Shown: in pieces, positions 17,912-22,641 of the stretch
Position numbering within the stretch: the stretch's first letter is position 1
Layout of the letters: every line of letters begins with the position of its first letter
Source of the DNA: Bacteriovoracaceae bacterium
Lineage (GTDB): Bacteria; Bdellovibrionota; Bacteriovoracia; Bacteriovoracales; Bacteriovoracaceae
Direction: 5' to 3'
Assembly (NCBI GenBank): GCA_041586955.1
Contig: JBFGZE010000053.1
Coordinates: forward strand, 1-22,641
DNA length: 22,641 bases
Made by a program: the position numbers and the translations under genes
Notes under the pieces: generated by a model
What the model was told of the DNA's origin: nothing
Seen by the model: only the letters and a program-made list of their open reading frames with translations
Databases searched by the model: none

Positions 17912-18703
17912 TTATAAGTTATCGTGTTGATGTTCTTCCTCTTTTACTTGGTTCATCTCCAAATGATGGTGATAATGATTATCTTCACTAAAACCAAATT
18001 CATCTGGGTTTGAGGTATGGAGGTAACCATGTATCTGCATTAAACAAAGTAAAAAGCCTGCTAATATTAAACCGTCATTCGCCACTTTAGAAAGGTGTTT
18101 AAAGCGATTAGAATGACGGATGCCAGAAAGTAAAACAAGCATTATTGATAACGCCAAGATCTGGCCTAATTCTACACCGACATTAAAGGAAATAATTCTC
18201 ATCAACATTTCACTGCCCTTTTCTCCTAAGGGAAGTTGCTGAAGTCTGGTCGAGAGGCCAAACCCGTGGATTAATCCAAAGATAAAAACCATCAGGAGAA
18301 GATGCGGCGCCTTCTTCATTCCTAGATAATTTTGAAAGCCTTTATTATTATCAAATCCTTTATAACAAACACTAAGGGCGATAACGGCATCTACCAGCCA
18401 GTAATTGGCGGAAATCCCCATAAAGGTCGCCAGGATAAGGGTCACACTATGGCCTAGAGTAAAAACCGTGATGAACTTTACAACACCTTTAAAAGTTGTC
18501 AGAAAAAAAATCACACCAAATAAGAAAAGCAGGTGATCATAGCCGGTAATCATATGCTCAGCACCTAACCAAATATATTGCCAAAGACCACCTTCAATCA
18601 TTGTTCGCTTGGCCTCCTCACTAATTCCGTGGGCAAAAGAATTGGCGGATAATAGTGGCAATAATTTAATACCTATTTTAAGCATTTTAAGCATTTTAAG
18701 CAT
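17912..18703 (-). CDS. HupE/UreJ family (HupE_UreJ_2-like) metal-binding membrane protein
   Basis: Signal ending SFA-HG, GAEHMITGYDHLLF, FTLGHSVTL, FGLIHGFG, FNVGVELGQ and a His-rich C-terminal tail; GAGGAG SD 5 nt upstream of ATG 18703. Confidence 0.88.
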   Translation of the reverse strand: MLKMLKMLKIGIKLLPLLSANSFAHGISEEAKRTMIEGGLWQYIWLGAEHMITGYDHLLFLFGVIFFLTTFKGVVKFITVFTLGHSVTLILATFMGISANYWLVDAVIALSVCYKGFDNNKGFQNYLGMKKAPHLLLMVFIFGLIHGFGLSTRLQQLPLGEKGSEMLMRIISFNVGVELGQILALSIMLVLLSGIRHSNRFKHLSKVANDGLILAGFLLCLMQIHGYLHTSNPDEFGFSEDNHYHHHLEMNQVKEEEHQHDNL

Positions 18704-18708
18704 TTTAA
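18675..18708. repeat. Perfect 9-bp tandem repeat (ATTTTAAGC)x3.8 spanning the HupE/UreJ start codon
   Basis: Read directly: attttaagc attttaagc attttaagc attttaa; encodes MLK-MLK-MLK on the minus strand. Confidence 0.95.
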
Positions 18709-18913
18709 CTCCTCAAACTAAGCGAAAATAATACTCCATTTTCGGTGAGAACAAAAATAGAAATACACAGTGGCCACTAATTAAGAGGTCAGGCCTTGAT
18801 CAGAAAAAAACTCAATATAAGGGGTATAAAGGATAAACAAAAATGACACAGTTTTTATATCGAAGAACCCAATGGGCCAGAGCTTAAAATACTGAGGAAT
18901 TTCCAGAAGAGCA

Positions 18914-19399
18914 TTAATTGCTAACCGCTACTTGGATAAAAGCTTCATCACTTTTATCCCAATAAATAATGCTAGCGGCCCTCTCGCAAGTAAAGAAGCT
19001 CATGGCATTATTTTTTAAAGCAAGGACAGGTTTTTCACCCTTGCCACATTTACGATGCTTTTTACCACACATGGTTTTATATTCTCCTGGAGGTAAGAAC
19101 CGAATCCCCAAGGAGTGAAGGCCATCTTTATCCTTCGTTTCTGCGATCAGGAATGTTTTCTTAAGAGCTGAGCTCTCTATAAATAGCCCTATCCCCTCAC
19201 CTATTTCCTTGGCGAGAAGACGTGCTGTATCCTGCTGACCATCACCGTCAAAATCAGATTGAACCAGGAAAACATCTTGACCCTTTTTAGCACAAAGGTT
19301 TTTGGTTTTTTTAGCGGCTTGCCAACCCTTTGGCATCTCGAACCCAAGGACATTGCCGACAGTACAAAAAATAAAGAAAAGAATAGTAAATTGCTTCAT
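18914..19399 (-). CDS. Hypothetical secreted protein with a DxDGDG (FG-GAP/calcium-blade-like) motif
   Basis: ATG 19399 with AAGGA SD gives signal peptide MKQFTILFFIFCTVGNVLG; contains SDFDGDGQQDTA and YKTMCGKKHRKC. Confidence 0.75.
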   Translation of the reverse strand: MKQFTILFFIFCTVGNVLGFEMPKGWQAAKKTKNLCAKKGQDVFLVQSDFDGDGQQDTARLLAKEIGEGIGLFIESSALKKTFLIAETKDKDGLHSLGIRFLPPGEYKTMCGKKHRKCGKGEKPVLALKNNAMSFFTCERAASIIYWDKSDEAFIQVAVSN

Positions 19400-19773
19400 C
19401 ACTTTAGTCCTTGTTTTTAAAATCCTATCGCGGTGCTGGGGAAAAGACAAGGTTCAATGCCTTAACAACATCGAGAAGGAGATTTGAGAAGTTTTCACCA
19501 AAAGATTGAACACCTCTATGCTCTTATCCTATATGAAATTTTCAACCAAAAAATTAATACAAGGCCGCTTTCCCAGGCCAGAATGAGTACTATCACTATC
19601 CCCGAGGAGTTAACTTGAAGAATTTACACATGACATCTATGAGAATCTTTTTTTCTGACAATTGACGCCTTTTCCTGATAAGTACGGAGGATGCAGCTAG
19701 AAATAAACCAAGATATCCTTTTTTGATGTCTAATGCCTTTGCTTTTGACCTTTAATCAACTAAAAAAGCCCTT

Positions 19774-20601
19774 ATGAACCAAAAAAACACTGAATCAAAA
19801 ACTATCAAGTTCACTTGTACTCCTGAAGAGGATGGCAGGTTGCTCGTCGACCTTATTGCCGAAAAATCAGACCTTTCTAAATCACTTATCAAAAAATTGA
19901 TGATGGCCGGAGCTGTTTTTCAAACCACAAATAATAAGCGCCAACGTTTTCGCAAGGCCAAAAGATTTACTAAAACTAATGATATTGTCGAATGTTATTA
20001 CGATCCAAAAATTGATTTGGATGAGTTCTATGAGTTCACAACTCTCTATGAATCGACCTATTATGGTATATATCATAAGCCTGCTGGCGCGATGACAGAG
20101 GGAACAAATTACGGTGATAGTATTAGCGTTTACCGCCATGTCGAAAAAAACAAAAGGCATGCCTATTTAGTGAATCGTCTCGATAAGCAAACCGAAGGTC
20201 TCGTTATTATCGCCTATGACTCTAAAACTCAAAACCTTTTGCAAACCATGTGGCGAAATGAAGTCATCAAAAAATATCAGGCGATTGTTCTTGGGAAACT
20301 TGAGGGAGAGGGTGAATTCAATCGACCAATCAATGGCAAAGTTTCTCAAACTAATTACCGCTGTGTTTCAACCGATGGTAATCAAACTCAAGTTGATATT
20401 ACCCTTATCACGGAAAGAAAGCATCAAAGTCGAATTCATTTTGCAGACGCCGGCTTTCCCATTATGGGGGACCCTCGTTACGGGAAAAAAAATAAAAATA
20501 AAGATGGGCTGCAATTAGTCTCCTATTCATTGGAATTCAAAGACCCCTATACTAATAATCAGATCAAAGCGCTTTTACCAAAGGATCGCCTATTATTTTA
20601 A
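19774..20601 (+). CDS. RluA family pseudouridine synthase with N-terminal S4-like segment
   Basis: HKPAG (motif I), VNRLDKQTEG (catalytic Asp), KKYQA, LITERKHQSRIH (divergent motif III), PIMGDPRYG and L.F.DP.T. Confidence 0.88.
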   Translation: MNQKNTESKTIKFTCTPEEDGRLLVDLIAEKSDLSKSLIKKLMMAGAVFQTTNNKRQRFRKAKRFTKTNDIVECYYDPKIDLDEFYEFTTLYESTYYGIYHKPAGAMTEGTNYGDSISVYRHVEKNKRHAYLVNRLDKQTEGLVIIAYDSKTQNLLQTMWRNEVIKKYQAIVLGKLEGEGEFNRPINGKVSQTNYRCVSTDGNQTQVDITLITERKHQSRIHFADAGFPIMGDPRYGKKNKNKDGLQLVSYSLEFKDPYTNNQIKALLPKDRLLF

Positions 20602-20938
20602 AAATACCGCACCTACGCACCGCGCGTAACCATATTGAACATGGCCGACCAGGGCGCAACGCAGCAAGTAACCCAATTATCCGATTTTTAGGCAAAAAAA
20701 GTGCTGTTTTTCTCAGGTAATTGTCAATTTTGAGAATAAAAACACGGCCAAACCGTATTAAATACTGGTATAACTAACGAGCTTCTTTTTGGCATCTTGA
20801 AGGTGCACAGATGAAACCATTGCCAAGAATTTGCAAATACAATAATACCAGATCATGCATGAGCTTAATTATATAAAAAATGACAGGGACCATAACTCCA
20901 TAAATATTTAATCCCATAAGGCCCAAAGGAATAAATCA

Positions 20939-22641
20939 ATGTCTATTGTTTCAGTTTTTCTAAATTCAAGGGAATTCTCAAAAGTTCTACTCAAAGGTAA
21001 GGATCAAAGCTTTCTTACCCCAGAGGAAATTAACGATGCCATACCGACATCAATTGTCGATCCAAAGGCCATCGATGAAATTATACTGAAAATCCAAGAA
21101 GCTCGGATTGACATCGAATCTCAAGTCCAAGAAGAGGAAGAAGAAGGTATTCGCCTCGATGGAACAGAGATAATTGAAGAAACATTATCCAAAGAAGAGC
21201 GCGCGGAACTCAAGCATGCCTCCACTGACCCTATTAAGCTTTACTTAAAAAAGATGGGCTCAGTATCCCTTCTTTCCCGAGAAGGCGAAGTTGTCATTGC
21301 CAAAGAAATTGAAGATGGTGAAAGAGAAATTATTCTTTCTTCACTTAAATCAACTCACGCTTTAAAAGAAATCATCAAACTCACTGATAAAATCCAATCT
21401 CAAGAAAATCCAAATGAATTTGTGAAAGATCTTGTCAGAGGGCTTGATGATGAATCGTCAGAAGCAGATATTAATAAAACGAAAAAAATCATTCTTGATG
21501 TCGTCGAAAATATCAAAGTTCTTCTAGGCGAAGTTCAAAACGAAGACGGTACTCTTAAAAAGTTTACACCGGCCCAAGAAAAAGAGATGGATGCTATCGC
21601 TCAGGTTCTGGCCGACCTTACTTTTAATAGAAAAATTATCAATAGCTTTGTTGATCCCGTGAAAAATTATTACCTACAGTTCAAAGATCTCTTTGGACAA
21701 CAGGAACGTATTTATAAATTTCTCGAAGTTGAGAATTATGAAAAATACAAAGAGCTCTACGATAAAGTAATGGAAGATGATGCATTCAAGAGAAAACTTG
21801 CCAAAGATCTTTTCACTACAGATGCTAAAATTGAACAATTGGTTAGAAACCAAGAAGACGTTATTAGAAAGTTAAGAAGACTATCTCTTGACGCTGGAAT
21901 GGAGTTTAAAGACATTGAAAGAGTTTATAATATTATCCTTCAAGGTGAGAAAAAAGCTGATAAGGGTAAAAAAGAGCTGGTAGAGGCCAACCTTAGACTG
22001 GTTGTTTCAATCGCTAAAAAATACAATAATAGAGGACTTCAATTCCTCGACCTTATTCAGGAAGGAAATATTGGTTTGATGAAAGCTGTTGATAAATTTG
22101 AATACCGTCGTGGTTTTAAATTTTCAACTTATGCCACGTGGTGGATTCGTCAGGCCATTACGCGTGCCATTGCTGACCAGGCAAGAACAATCCGTATCCC
22201 AGTGCATATGATTGAAAACATCAATAAATTGGTTCGAACTTCAAGACAACTTATTCAAGTACTCGGACGTGAGCCAACTCCTGATGAAATTGCTGAGAAG
22301 ATGGAACTCTCCGTTGATAAGGTGAAGAAAATACAAAAGATTTCTAAAGAGCCTATTTCGCTTGAAACTCCCATCGGGACAGAAGAAGATGCCTCTCTTG
22401 GAGACTTCATTGAAGATAAAAAGATTATTTCTCCGCAAGATGCTGTTATGAATATTACTCTTTCAGAGCAAACCAGAGCGGCCCTTTCAACTCTTACACC
22501 AAGAGAGGAAAAAATTATTAGAATGAGATTTGGGATTGGGGAAAAGTCTGACCATACTCTCGAAGAAGTTGGTCAAGAATTCTTTGTCACTCGAGAAAGG
22601 ATAAGACAAATTGAGGCCAAGGCCTTGAGAAAACTTCGACA
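20939..22641 (+). CDS. rpoD: RNA polymerase sigma-70 factor RpoD, 3' end cut off by the window edge
   Basis: Not in ORF track. From ATG 20939 (AAAGGA SD): region 1.1 ([12 protein letters not shown]), 1.2 ([22 protein letters not shown]), non-conserved region, region 2 ([73 protein letters not shown]), region 3 and 4.2 ([28 protein letters not shown]). Confidence 0.96.
   Translation, partial: MSIVSVFLNSREFSKVLLKGKDQSFLTPEEINDAIPTSIVDPKAIDEIILKIQEARIDIESQVQEEEEEGIRLDGTEIIEETLSKEERAELKHASTDPIKLYLKKMGSVSLLSREGEVVIAKEIEDGEREIILSSLKSTHALKEIIKLTDKIQSQENPNEFVKDLVRGLDDESSEADINKTKKIILDVVENIKVLLGEVQNEDGTLKKFTPAQEKEMDAIAQVLADLTFNRKIINSFVDPVKNYYLQFKDLFGQQERIYKFLEVENYEKYKELYDKVMEDDAFKRKLAKDLFTTDAKIEQLVRNQEDVIRKLRRLSLDAGMEFKDIERVYNIILQGEKKADKGKKELVEANLRLVVSIAKKYNNRGLQFLDLIQEGNIGLMKAVDKFEYRRGFKFSTYATWWIRQAITRAIADQARTIRIPVHMIENINKLVRTSRQLIQVLGREPTPDEIAEKMELSVDKVKKIQKISKEPISLETPIGTEEDASLGDFIEDKKIISPQDAVMNITLSEQTRAALSTLTPREEKIIRMRFGIGEKSDHTLEEVGQEFFVTRERIRQIEAKALRKLR

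Noticed and set aside
20789..20807. TTGGCA...TGCA as a sigma54 promoter upstream of rpoD
   Set aside because: GG-to-GC spacing is 12 nt rather than the required 10.
1609..22438. Short ORF-track entries nested in, antisense to or overlapping real genes (1609, 2893, 3971, 4023, 4952, 6846, 8498, 9572, 10358, 12663, 13082, 13836, 16210, 16715, 16976, 19302, 19882, 20167, 20216, 22241)
   Set aside because: Shadow frames of well-supported CDSs with no recognisable domains.
1..22641. CRISPR arrays, tRNA/rRNA genes, transposases, integrases, prophage or defence systems
   Set aside because: No repeat-spacer periodicity, tRNA arms or matching protein motifs seen by eye.

Overview
AT-rich bacterial chromosomal window with 24 supportable CDSs. 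Two are truncated by the window edges and missing from the ORF track: RNase Z at the left and an RpoD-type sigma-70 factor at the right. The standalone SWIB protein and general gene style suggest Bdellovibrionota (Bacteriovorax/Halobacteriovorax-like), which is an unverified inference. The left half is rich in RNA-metabolism genes (rnz, ybcJ, dbpA, cvfB-like S1 protein, rhlE, cold-shock protein, TIGR01212 radical SAM) plus the SWIB protein. The middle holds a hemolysin-III membrane protein, a hotdog thioesterase, an exported type-1 copper protein, a Prx5-glutaredoxin hybrid with an OxyR-like operator and a YegD-type Hsp70. The right half holds a translationally coupled radical SAM/SPASM + METTL25/RRNAD1-like methyltransferase pair, a three-gene His-rich metal-handling operon (HupE/UreJ, DUF6488-like, DUF3147-like), a secreted DxDGDG protein and a divergent RluA. 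I saw no tRNA, rRNA, CRISPR array or mobile element. The best candidates for undescribed systems are the metal operon, the rSAM/SPASM-methyltransferase pair and the insertion-bearing SWIB protein. All family calls come from motif recognition by eye; no searches were run.
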